Below, piece after piece: positions 8,620 through 16,541 of a stretch of 64,000 bases of DNA; the stretch's first letter is position 1; each line of letters opens with the position of its first letter. This stretch comes from a virus (Duplodnaviria; Caudoviricetes), in the IMG/VR virus record IMGVR_UViG_3300031414_000005; one strand, written 5' to 3'. The notes beneath the pieces are model-generated. The model did not search any database, was not told where the DNA came from, and saw nothing but the letters and a program-made list of their open reading frames with translations. Made by a program: the position numbers and the translations under genes.

Positions 8620-8622
8620 ACC

Positions 8623-8659
8623 ATGGCCCTTCGGGGCCATATCCTTTTCTTTCTTTTTT
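8623..8659 (+). terminator. intrinsic terminator
   Basis: ATGGCCC-TTCG-GGGCCAT then a T-rich tract. Confidence 0.75.
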
Positions 8660-8670
8660 GGACTGTTATC

Positions 8671-9804
8671 ATGTCAAAAACTATTCTTACCCCCGAGCAC
8701 CTCAATTCCCTGATTATCAAAGAAGAGTATGTTGAGAACACCGTGGGTGGCAAGGTCTGGTTAAGCTGCTATCTCTGGGTGGCCCCGACACACGCAATTG
8801 TGGGTGAACCGTGCAGTGCAATGTACCCGGAAACCAGCGACCCGGCAAAAGCGCGTCAGGTGGCCCGTAAACGTGCGTTTGATCAACTGTGGGCGTTGGA
8901 AGCCTACCGTTTGATGGTCAACGAACACCGCGAGTCCAATCACTCAGTAAGCGCCCTGGAAGAACGTATCCGTCGGATTGAAGTCGCATTACAGATGCCG
9001 GGTGCAGTGCTGACCTATGCAGAAAAGCTGGATGCGGCCATGCAAGATACACCCCCGACCGCCGTAACCCCACCGGAAACCCCGGCAAACGGACCGGGTG
9101 TACTGACCACCCGCGAACTCACCCCGGTTAGCGAACTCACCCCCGAGATTTCTCGTTACCTGGTGCGGCTGGAAGATGAAGTCACCAATATCTGCGGTGC
9201 CGTGATGAAACTCAAACTGTATGCCGCAGGTCCCGTGACTGAAGACCTCATGGGTCACTTCAGTACCGAGTTCCAGGAACAACTGCGTATTGAAGCTAAC
9301 GCCCCGGGGTTTGATGCCGACAGTTTTGATGTGTATGCGTTCTGCCGTAACCTGGAGGTTGCTGGTATCCGGGTGGAAGCCGATATCCTGAACCGCAGCA
9401 ATACCGCCTGGGTTGACAGCATGACCATGGAGAAAGTCACGGCGGGTGACACCCCTGACGATGGCGCCGCCCCGCAGTCAACAATTGAGCCCGTTATTGT
9501 GGGCGATGGCCTGTTGCAAGGTTTCCGGGTGACCGAATACCTGGAAGAGTTCGAGCAGGCGAAATCGGACATCGAGAAGTCCCTGTCCCAGCGTGCCATG
9601 TTATCTGTGCGGTTTGGTATTGACTATGCGCATGATGAAGAAGGCCGGAAGATCTATTGGGAACTGGATGAGCTGAAAAACCGGTTTGATAATGCACTCA
9701 GCAATTACAACTTTGCGGTGGCCAACCCCAGCGAAGAGATCAGCGACTTCCTGGTCGAGGTCTTTGCATTGCCGAAAGAAAACTTCAAGGTAACGTTGCA
9801 TTGA
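8671..9804 (+). CDS. protein with N-terminal N4 gp49/Sf6 gp66-family domain and long unknown extension
   Basis: IVGEPCSAMYPETSDPAKARQVARKRAFDQLWALEAYRL matches GESAC.SPENFD.EIG..IAR.NA...IW.LEGY. Confidence 0.7.
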   Translation: MSKTILTPEHLNSLIIKEEYVENTVGGKVWLSCYLWVAPTHAIVGEPCSAMYPETSDPAKARQVARKRAFDQLWALEAYRLMVNEHRESNHSVSALEERIRRIEVALQMPGAVLTYAEKLDAAMQDTPPTAVTPPETPANGPGVLTTRELTPVSELTPEISRYLVRLEDEVTNICGAVMKLKLYAAGPVTEDLMGHFSTEFQEQLRIEANAPGFDADSFDVYAFCRNLEVAGIRVEADILNRSNTAWVDSMTMEKVTAGDTPDDGAAPQSTIEPVIVGDGLLQGFRVTEYLEEFEQAKSDIEKSLSQRAMLSVRFGIDYAHDEEGRKIYWELDELKNRFDNALSNYNFAVANPSEEISDFLVEVFALPKENFKVTLH

Positions 9805-9808
9805 TAAT

Positions 9809-9840
9809 TTAGAATGCAGGTCAGTTTAAGTCTATATAAC
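9809..9840 (+). promoter_or_regulatory. phage (early-type) promoter, bipartite motif copy 1
   Basis: TTAGAATGCAG-N12-CTATATAAC; TATATTAC-like core resembles the phiKZ early promoter. Confidence 0.7.
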
Positions 9841-9889
9841 CAATATGAATACAGAGCAATAGTGCTTTGTACCTATTGGAGATATCCTC

Positions 9890-10291
9890 ATGAAACTGAC
9901 CAAACTGCGCTTTGTCCTGTCTAAAGAGTTCATCGAACTGTGTGCTGCAAATATCGACCGTGGTATGGCGACGGTTATCCGCCTGGCTGAACGTCGTTAT
10001 GTCTTCGCTAACCCGAAGGCCACTGAAGACATCGATATCGATGAGTCTGATGTGAACCGCGCGCTGAGCATCGCGAAGAACGAAGACGCACGTTTTGACC
10101 GCCTGGCCAACGTGTACAGCTGGATTCGTAAACAGTCTAGCAAAGCGGCTTTAACCTGGAGTAACTATCGTGCATACATCACTGCTAACGCATTGGAAAA
10201 ACTGTGGGTCGTCACCGGTGTCTATAAAGAAGCCGCTGATGTCGAAGTCGAGTTTAACCATATCGTTGGCATGGTCGCTGATGCAAAGTAA
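9890..10291 (+). CDS. hypothetical protein (first gene behind the early-type promoter)
   Basis: GGAG SD; highly biased codons. Confidence 0.85.
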   Translation: MKLTKLRFVLSKEFIELCAANIDRGMATVIRLAERRYVFANPKATEDIDIDESDVNRALSIAKNEDARFDRLANVYSWIRKQSSKAALTWSNYRAYITANALEKLWVVTGVYKEAADVEVEFNHIVGMVADAK

Positions 10292-10458
10292 TCCATAGCG
10301 GGAGGCTACCAGTAGGTATGCCTCCCGACTATTCACCTGATTTATTTTTTAACGAAAAAGCTAAATCAGATGCGTAGTTTATAAAAACAACAGGCGTTAC
10401 CTGTGCTTATGAATTCCATCTTCTCATCGATCTACACACTCAAAAAGGTTTTATTACA

Positions 10459-10638
10459 ATGTCCACGACCAAATCACACGTTAAAGATGCCAAGAAATTT
10501 GCTAACCTGTCCCGTGCGCGTCAAGTTGAAGTCCTGATGGGCGTACGCCTGACTTCGGTTCAACGCGACCTCATTGAATACCTGGCTGATGGAGATCACC
10601 TTGCAGCTATACACCGTTCAAATCGCCCGGTATCGTAA
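10459..10638 (+). CDS. small hypothetical protein, 59 aa (absent from ORF track)
   Basis: AAGG SD; MSTTKSHVKDAKKFANLSRARQVEVLMGVRLTSVQRDLIEYLADGDHLAAIHRSNRPVS; biased codons. Confidence 0.65.
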   Translation: MSTTKSHVKDAKKFANLSRARQVEVLMGVRLTSVQRDLIEYLADGDHLAAIHRSNRPVS

Positions 10639-10966
10639 AGCATTGGCCCTGGGTGTCCCGTTTGTGGACACCTCCATCAAAACCGGGAAGTCAGAATTCA
10701 TGCCGACCTGGGACATGGTGATGGGGTACAAGCAAGGTACTGTCAGTGAAGAACGTTACACCGAGATGTATTACGACCTGATGCGCCAACGCTATCGAGC
10801 CAATCGCCAATGGTGGTTGGCTTTTTTACGCGATCAGCCCAGCGCAGCCATTGGGTGCTTCTGTACACCGGGTGCGTTCTGTCACCGTTTATTGCTCGTA
10901 GACATCTTCAGGAAAATCTGTGAGCGCAACGATATTCCTTTTGAATACGCAGGTGAATTAACATGA
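10589..10966 (+). CDS. DUF488-like protein
   Basis: PTWDMVMGYK..YTEMYYDLMR..IGCFCTPGAFCHRLLL resembles DUF488 P.W.L...y...Y..eL / LxC...C-H-R. Confidence 0.55.
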   Translation: MEITLQLYTVQIARYRKALALGVPFVDTSIKTGKSEFMPTWDMVMGYKQGTVSEERYTEMYYDLMRQRYRANRQWWLAFLRDQPSAAIGCFCTPGAFCHRLLLVDIFRKICERNDIPFEYAGELT

Positions 10967-11433
10967 TCCTGGATTACAACACCGCCTGGGACCGAATAGA
11001 GGACAGCACCCTCAAGGGTGAAACCGTCAAGTTTGTGGCCTCAAAAATCCGACCCGGCGAGTTCTACCTCCACTCGGAACCCGTGCACGGCGACAACCCC
11101 TGCCATGCTCTGGTGATTCTGAAAACCAACCACCACCTCTACGCTATCTGGGTGACCTCACCTCCGGACAGACGTACCGACACCCGTATCCTGCAACGCG
11201 CATTGATTGAGTTGTTGCAGCTGCCGTATGGTCAGATCAACGTGTTCAATAACCTGCGGGTTGACCGCCGGACACGCTACCATATTTGCAATGGGTATCG
11301 GTCGTTGTATTTCACCGACCTGGTCAAAGGCCGGTTCTCCCAGAAACAACTGGTTATCCCAAATAAACATGAAGCCTTCCTGGCGATGTTCCAGCAACAG
11401 GCCAAAGACTTCATTATTCAACAGACTTACTGA
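10963..11433 (+). CDS. hypothetical protein
   Basis: Overlaps the upstream stop, 156 aa. Confidence 0.75.
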   Translation: MILDYNTAWDRIEDSTLKGETVKFVASKIRPGEFYLHSEPVHGDNPCHALVILKTNHHLYAIWVTSPPDRRTDTRILQRALIELLQLPYGQINVFNNLRVDRRTRYHICNGYRSLYFTDLVKGRFSQKQLVIPNKHEAFLAMFQQQAKDFIIQQTY

Positions 11434-11444
11434 GGTACATTCCA

Positions 11445-11738
11445 ATGGTAAAAGAAGTCAAACACGGGTTCACGTTTGATGATGCTGGCTCACAGGCAAT
11501 CGGGGCGTTCTACACCGATATTGAAATAGCGCTGCGGGTCAAAGGCACCAACCTGACCCAGATCTGCCGACAGATCATCAAGCGGCATTTAAAGCAGACC
11601 CGTAACCCCGAATTGATCATCACCCTGGAAGCCCTCCAGAAGAAATACGCCCTGGTACCGGAGTTACGGGAACGGATCGCGGAATACCGGGGATTGGTGT
11701 CAGGGGAATTAGAAGTGGTGCGGCTGGTACGTTCGTAA
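11445..11738 (+). CDS. hypothetical protein, possible Ner/Nlp-like HTH
   Basis: GAGG SD; DIEIALRVKGTNLTQICRQ loosely resembles Ner DIIAALRKKGTSLAALSR. Confidence 0.6.
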   Translation: MVKEVKHGFTFDDAGSQAIGAFYTDIEIALRVKGTNLTQICRQIIKRHLKQTRNPELIITLEALQKKYALVPELRERIAEYRGLVSGELEVVRLVRS

Positions 11739-11823
11739 ATAAATACTTACCATCAGGTATTATCTGACAGCTGTAGATGCTGCCGCGCAATAGTCAACAT
11801 TGATTTAAGCTATCATCATTTTT

Positions 11824-11859
11824 GGATCGGGTTCGCTGTATGTCCCGATCCATCTTTTT
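11824..11859 (+). terminator. hairpin + T tract (terminator or 5' domain of the ncRNA)
   Basis: GGATCGGG-12 nt-CCCGATCC then ATCTTTTT. Confidence 0.5.
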
Positions 11860-11867
11860 ATTCCGTA

Positions 11868-12016
11868 TTTGGTTGTGTGGTAAAAGAGGTTCTCCGCCTC
11901 AAGACTTGCCTGTCGCCACCACACGACCAAACCCCTTTGGCGCTTTTGGTTCACGTACCTCAAATGCGTAAGCTTCCTTCCTGGTGGAATCTCTGTCACG
12001 CCAAAAGCGCCAACCA
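11868..12016 (+). ncRNA. candidate structured non-coding RNA with two multibranched domains, the second tRNA-like
   Basis: 14-bp stem 11868-11881/11918-11931 and 13-bp stem 11937-11949/12001-12013, each enclosing two hairpins; G-U pairs favour the + strand; no credible ORF. Confidence 0.55.
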
Positions 12017-12072
12017 CTATGCTGTGTGAAGTCTTTGCCGGAATGACGGCAGTCCATAATAGGAAATTTCCT

Positions 12073-12098
12073 GGAGAGCTTCGGCTCTCCTCTTTTTT
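12073..12098 (+). terminator. intrinsic terminator
   Basis: GGAGAGC-TTCG-GCTCTCC + TCTTTTTT. Confidence 0.85.
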
Positions 12099-12173
12099 GC
12101 ATTTCTTTTTTTTTGTCCTCATCATGTGACTTCGGTCGGTAACACAGAGAACCAGTTGTAGGGGACATCAAAA

Positions 12174-12338
12174 ATGAAACTCAAAAGGCTGTTCTGGATC
12201 AGGTTTCACTTAGTCCTCGTGTGGGTGTTGGTGGTGCCCATGCATTGTTCGTTGGGGGCGACCTGGTCAACCATGAAGTACAGGAGACAACAACACGAAA
12301 GGCATTTACGCTTTACTCAGGATGGCTATGAACAATAA
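12174..12338 (+). CDS. small putative membrane protein, 54 aa (absent from ORF track)
   Basis: AGGGGA SD; MKLKRLFWIRFHLVLVWVLVVPMHCSLGATWSTMKYRRQQHERHLRFTQDGYEQ. Confidence 0.5.
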   Translation: MKLKRLFWIRFHLVLVWVLVVPMHCSLGATWSTMKYRRQQHERHLRFTQDGYEQ

Positions 12339-12340
12339 CT

Positions 12341-12368
12341 AAAAAAGGGGAGAGCCGAAGCTCTCCCC
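12341..12368 (-). terminator. intrinsic terminator for the minus-strand head/helicase operon
   Basis: Minus strand GGGGAGAGC-TTCG-GCTCTCCCC + TTTTTT. Confidence 0.85.
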
Positions 12369-12380
12369 AATTAAGGCGGT

Positions 12381-13409
12381 TTAGCTGTGTGACCGCGTCA
12401 CCCAGGTATCCATGGCCCGCAGCCATTGCATCACCACATCCGCGTATTTATCCAGGTGGTCAGCCGCCGGCTTGAGTTTGCTCCAGTCGGTTGCCTGACA
12501 CAGCGCTTTGATCTCCGCTTTGTTTCCTTCCTTATCCTTCACCTCCATGTACAGATCCGCCGCATCTTCCAGCTCCAGCAACGTACGGGCATCAAACGCA
12601 TCGTAGAAGCTCTGGTAAGCAGTAAGGAGTTTCGACATGGTATCCGCCACATCCAACACTTCTTTCTTGCTCAGCGACTTACAGGCCTCAGGTACCGACC
12701 CTGGCTCGGTCACTTTCGGTGTTGGGATGGTCGGGACCTTAATGGCATCGATCTTCTTGCGCCCGGCGGCAATGATCTCTGGGGTGAATTCTTTTTGCTG
12801 ACGAATCCAACCCTGCACCGTCACCATCTCCCGCACGGCTTTATCCAACTGCTGGGCAAAACGCTTGGCTTGACTTAACAGGACATTGGCATCACTCAAC
12901 GCGGTGTGGAACACCTTGTCCTTGTCCAGTTCCCCGTTGATCGCTAATGCGGTCAGTCCTTTGGTGTCGATATCCCGGAACGGCGAATGCCACTTGCGTT
13001 CCTTGAGCCACTCTTCATTCCCGTATTCATCCTGGATTTTCTTGGACAGCTCTTTTAACTGCTTATCCACCTGTGCCTGCTTTGTACCCCCGAGGATTGC
13101 TTTGATCGGGGCCAGGAAACGTTTGGTGACTTCAGCCAATCCTTCACAGCTGGCTTTCAAGCGCAGTTCAGGTTCAATGATGAAGAAGCTGTCAGCGCTT
13201 TCCAGTCCGGCAGCCACCTTACCCAGGTCGCCAGTCAGTGCGGTGACTTTCTGGGTGTACTCAGTGACGTACGGATCAGACAGGTTATCCGCATCGCCGT
13301 ACAGGGCCTCTAAGCCCTCGTGAAGCAACGCCTGGAGTTGGACGTGACGTTCTTTGATTAACGCGGCTGAGGCAAACGGGGTGCCTTTGTGTTCGATATC
13401 CATTGTCAT
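12381..13409 (-). CDS. internal head (virion) protein with protease-processed propeptide
   Basis: N-terminal GLE motifs (HEGLEA, AAGLES) and CEGLAEVTKRFLA, typical of phiKZ-like inner head proteins. Confidence 0.65.
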   Translation of the reverse strand: MTMDIEHKGTPFASAALIKERHVQLQALLHEGLEALYGDADNLSDPYVTEYTQKVTALTGDLGKVAAGLESADSFFIIEPELRLKASCEGLAEVTKRFLAPIKAILGGTKQAQVDKQLKELSKKIQDEYGNEEWLKERKWHSPFRDIDTKGLTALAINGELDKDKVFHTALSDANVLLSQAKRFAQQLDKAVREMVTVQGWIRQQKEFTPEIIAAGRKKIDAIKVPTIPTPKVTEPGSVPEACKSLSKKEVLDVADTMSKLLTAYQSFYDAFDARTLLELEDAADLYMEVKDKEGNKAEIKALCQATDWSKLKPAADHLDKYADVVMQWLRAMDTWVTRSHS

Positions 13410-13412
13410 TCC

Positions 13413-15506
13413 TCACCACCCCATTGACGCAGGCAGTTTACGTTTAACGGTTTCAAGTGTCCGCAGACTGTCGTAGTCTGCTTCACGCATCAGTTCCAAC
13501 TCTTCCAGGTCTTCAAACGACCAGGCCGAGCGTTTTGAGAAGTGAATCTCGTCAATGGCTTCCAACCCCATGTCTGGCATGTGACGGGCACCCATGATCA
13601 TCTGGACCTGCTCACGGCTCCATTCCATGATGTCGCGGGAACGGGTCGAGATATTCGGCTTATTACCGGTATCCAACTGCGCCAGCCAGATCCACACCGG
13701 TTGGGTTTGTCCCACACGGAACACCCGGGCAATGGTTTGTTTGATCTCGTAGTCACGGAACGGGGAGTTAATCATGAAAATGGTGTTGGCCATCAACATC
13801 GGTACCCCGGTCGAGAGTGAGTCAAAGGTGGCATTGCAGGGGTTCAGGTTCGGGTCATTACGGAACAACTCAATTAAGGCGTTGAAGTTCTTGTTGGTGT
13901 CACCGTAGATCTCAAGCGGGTTATACCCCTCTTGTTTCAAATGCACGGTCACCTGACGCAGGACTTCCACGTAGGACGTAAAGACCAGGGTCTTGGCTTC
14001 GGAGTTGTCGATGTACTTGGCGAGGTCAAGGTGCTCCACCATATCCACATGACAGTTGATACGTTCACGCCCCAACACGCGGCCCAGACACTCACCCCGG
14101 ATTTTGAGGTCAACGTATTTCACCACCGACTTCACATCCCGGAATTGTTTCTTCTCCTCGTTGTTCAGCACCGTGTTGATTTCTTTCTCTTCAAACTCGT
14201 TGCAGTATTTCGATTGCGCCGACATGGTTGCCCCGTCAAAGCCTAAGCGGATAAACATCGCCACATACGTCTTGTACGTTGCCAGGTCTTCCAGGGCTTT
14301 GGTTGCACCCTTCTTCTTCATCACCGCTTCATAACGATCGACACACAAATCGTAGAAACTGCGGAACTCGGCTTTGTGCAAAGTGTAATACTGGATACGC
14401 TCTGCAATAAACGCCTGCATCAAGGCACCAATCGAGTCCAGGGTATATTTGTCCCCGTTTGGCATTTTCACGGGTACCGACACAATGTCGGGATCTTTAC
14501 CCAATCCCTGTAATCGCTCGATCTTGTATTTCACTCGCCCCATACGGTTGGCCAGGATGTCATTGGCGCGTTTGGCGTTGCGTCCCCAGATCTTTTTAAA
14601 GCGCTCGGCCACACTCGGGGTAAAGAAGGGGTCGATGCACATAAAGATAGGGATGGACTCTGACCCCAGGGCTTTGATCGGGGTACCGGACATAAAGAGG
14701 ATGTCCTGGCAGTCTGAGGTCTGACAGAACTCAATCAGGTTCTGGGTCTGTTGGGCTTCCAATCGGGTGAAGTTATGGGACTCGTCAATGACGATGTTAA
14801 ACCCGTCCTTCTTGAACTTTGGCAGCATGGCTAACAACTGCTCCAGGCGTTCATAGTGGAAGATGTGCCAACGGGCATCCGGATCCCACGGCTGGTCGTT
14901 ATCGGCCACCCACACCGACTGGGTCTTGCGAAAGCCTTTGTCCATGTCCGAGAGCCAGGATTTCTGGATCACGTTCTTGGGGCACACGATCACCGTGCGT
15001 TTGTAATCCAGCAATACTGACAGGCCGTAACCAATCAATGTCTTACCGGAACCGGCTTTCCCGTCCAACAGCAACCCTTTCAGACGATGGCTGGGTTTGG
15101 CTTTCTGGTAATACTTGAAGAACCCGGTCTGGTCTTCGAACCACTGGACGTTCATTTCACGGGCCAGTTGCTGGTAATTAAAGTCCAGGCTCAGGGTGGA
15201 TTCAATGCTACGCAGCCAGGTTTCCGACTCCAGCAGTTTCAGTAACTGGATCAGACTGCGGCGGTTTGTAATGATCGACGTATCATCAATCATCTTACTG
15301 ATAATGTAATGCAGTTCGAGGGCAAAGAAACTGGGTAAGGTGAAACGATTACGCCCAATAGACGTAAACATGTATTTACCGACTACCGAGGTTTCCCAAA
15401 TGTGGGTGATGTCGCGCACGAACCAATCAGTGGAGATTCCGGTGACTTCAATGTTCTGTCCCCGCTCGGTCACTGTGATCATGCCAATCAGGCGTTTAAG
15501 GTTCAT
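13413..15506 (-). CDS. SNF2/SF2-family helicase
   Basis: Walker A GKAGSGKT, DESH box, SGTP, FVFTSY-like motif IV (TLVFTSY), QTIARVFRVGQ motif VI. Confidence 0.9.
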   Translation of the reverse strand: MNLKRLIGMITVTERGQNIEVTGISTDWFVRDITHIWETSVVGKYMFTSIGRNRFTLPSFFALELHYIISKMIDDTSIITNRRSLIQLLKLLESETWLRSIESTLSLDFNYQQLAREMNVQWFEDQTGFFKYYQKAKPSHRLKGLLLDGKAGSGKTLIGYGLSVLLDYKRTVIVCPKNVIQKSWLSDMDKGFRKTQSVWVADNDQPWDPDARWHIFHYERLEQLLAMLPKFKKDGFNIVIDESHNFTRLEAQQTQNLIEFCQTSDCQDILFMSGTPIKALGSESIPIFMCIDPFFTPSVAERFKKIWGRNAKRANDILANRMGRVKYKIERLQGLGKDPDIVSVPVKMPNGDKYTLDSIGALMQAFIAERIQYYTLHKAEFRSFYDLCVDRYEAVMKKKGATKALEDLATYKTYVAMFIRLGFDGATMSAQSKYCNEFEEKEINTVLNNEEKKQFRDVKSVVKYVDLKIRGECLGRVLGRERINCHVDMVEHLDLAKYIDNSEAKTLVFTSYVEVLRQVTVHLKQEGYNPLEIYGDTNKNFNALIELFRNDPNLNPCNATFDSLSTGVPMLMANTIFMINSPFRDYEIKQTIARVFRVGQTQPVWIWLAQLDTGNKPNISTRSRDIMEWSREQVQMIMGARHMPDMGLEAIDEIHFSKRSAWSFEDLEELELMREADYDSLRTLETVKRKLPASMGW

Positions 15507-15557
15507 AGGTGGGGTCGCAGCCTTTAGAAGAAAGAAAAAGTTTTTACAGTCAGAGAA

Positions 15558-15589
15558 TTAGATTGCAGAAGCCGCAAAACCTATATCAC
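15558..15589 (+). promoter_or_regulatory. phage promoter, bipartite motif copy 2
   Basis: TTAGATTGCAG-N12-CTATATCAC. Confidence 0.7.
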
Positions 15590-15691
15590 CATGATGACAA
15601 GCAATAGAAGCAACAATTTTTATCTCTTTGAGGAATTAAAATTAACGCCATTCTGGCACAACACAACGAACTCGCTAAGAAGGAATAACCC

Positions 15692-16078
15692 ATGTTACAG
15701 ATGTCCCCTGCGTTACAAGCTCAGATGCCACGTATCTGTGCGGTTGATCACTTGACCAACCTGCTGGCCACCCACGGTTTAGATAAAGACGATTTCGTTG
15801 TGCGTTATCCGCACAGCGCAATGTTCTGTGATCGCCGTTACGCTTTTGAAGCAGATCCTAAGACAGTACATTTAAGCTGTGTACTGACCCGACGTGAATT
15901 CGTTATCAAGTATAACGTCACCCCTTCTTTCCTCAAATCCAAAGGCATCGAGATTGGTTTCAGTGAGAAACCGGTCCCGTTCATTGTGAAAGAGGAGTTT
16001 AAAGTCGAAACCCCGGCTGACCAGAAAATCAGTCATCTGCTGTTTGACCTGTTTGCTGATAAGGAAATGCATTCATGA
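15692..16078 (+). CDS. hypothetical protein
   Basis: AAGGA SD. Confidence 0.8.
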   Translation: MLQMSPALQAQMPRICAVDHLTNLLATHGLDKDDFVVRYPHSAMFCDRRYAFEADPKTVHLSCVLTRREFVIKYNVTPSFLKSKGIEIGFSEKPVPFIVKEEFKVETPADQKISHLLFDLFADKEMHS

Positions 16079-16173
16079 AACGAAACAAAATGGGAGAGGG
16101 TGCGCTGGCAGCCTTCCTGTGTCTGGTATTGATCGGGCTGTTCGCCTGGCGTTTAATGGTCACCATGCCATGA
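16075..16173 (+). CDS. 32-aa membrane peptide (absent from ORF track)
   Basis: AAGGA SD; ATGA overlaps at both ends; MKRNKMGEGALAAFLCLVLIGLFAWRLMVTMP. Confidence 0.7.
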   Translation: MKRNKMGEGALAAFLCLVLIGLFAWRLMVTMP

Positions 16174-16538
16174 GCCGCGATTACACGGGCACCCGTGACC
16201 TGATGAAAGAAGCCGTAATGGGGACACTTCGTGGCATCCCGCACGAAATTAACCTGGTGTTGTTTCAGGGCGACGCCGATCGCCATGACCTCGGCAACCA
16301 TGACGGGGATCGTTTGTTAGCGCTGTTCCGCACAGCCTTTCAGAGTATCCCTCTTTCCAATGCTAAAAATGAGGTGGATCGCAAAACGGCTTTCTTGAAC
16401 GCAGCGTTCAATTTGGTTAATCGTCTGACCGGGCGTTACGTCACGGTACGACTGTTGGATGTCAGTGTGGACAAGTATTGTCCAGAAGCCACTGATTACC
16501 CGTTGAGCATCATCATCACCCCAAAGAAAGGACTGTAA
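16170..16538 (+). CDS. hypothetical protein (true start probably 16170, not 16044)
   Basis: ATGA coupling to the upstream peptide. Confidence 0.7.
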   Translation: MSRDYTGTRDLMKEAVMGTLRGIPHEINLVLFQGDADRHDLGNHDGDRLLALFRTAFQSIPLSNAKNEVDRKTAFLNAAFNLVNRLTGRYVTVRLLDVSVDKYCPEATDYPLSIIITPKKGL

Positions 16539-16541
16539 CCC

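Noticed and set aside
11868-12016. Canonical tRNA, tmRNA or RNase P identity for the structured RNA
   Set aside because: No TpsiC (GTTCRA) arm, no D-arm GG, no tmRNA GGGGCTG/tag ORF, and no RNase P P4 consensus visible
11805-12171. Minus-strand ORFs of 106 and 90 aa over the structured region
   Set aside because: They run through poly-A from a terminator (KKKK), lack an SD, and G-U pairing points to a plus-strand RNA
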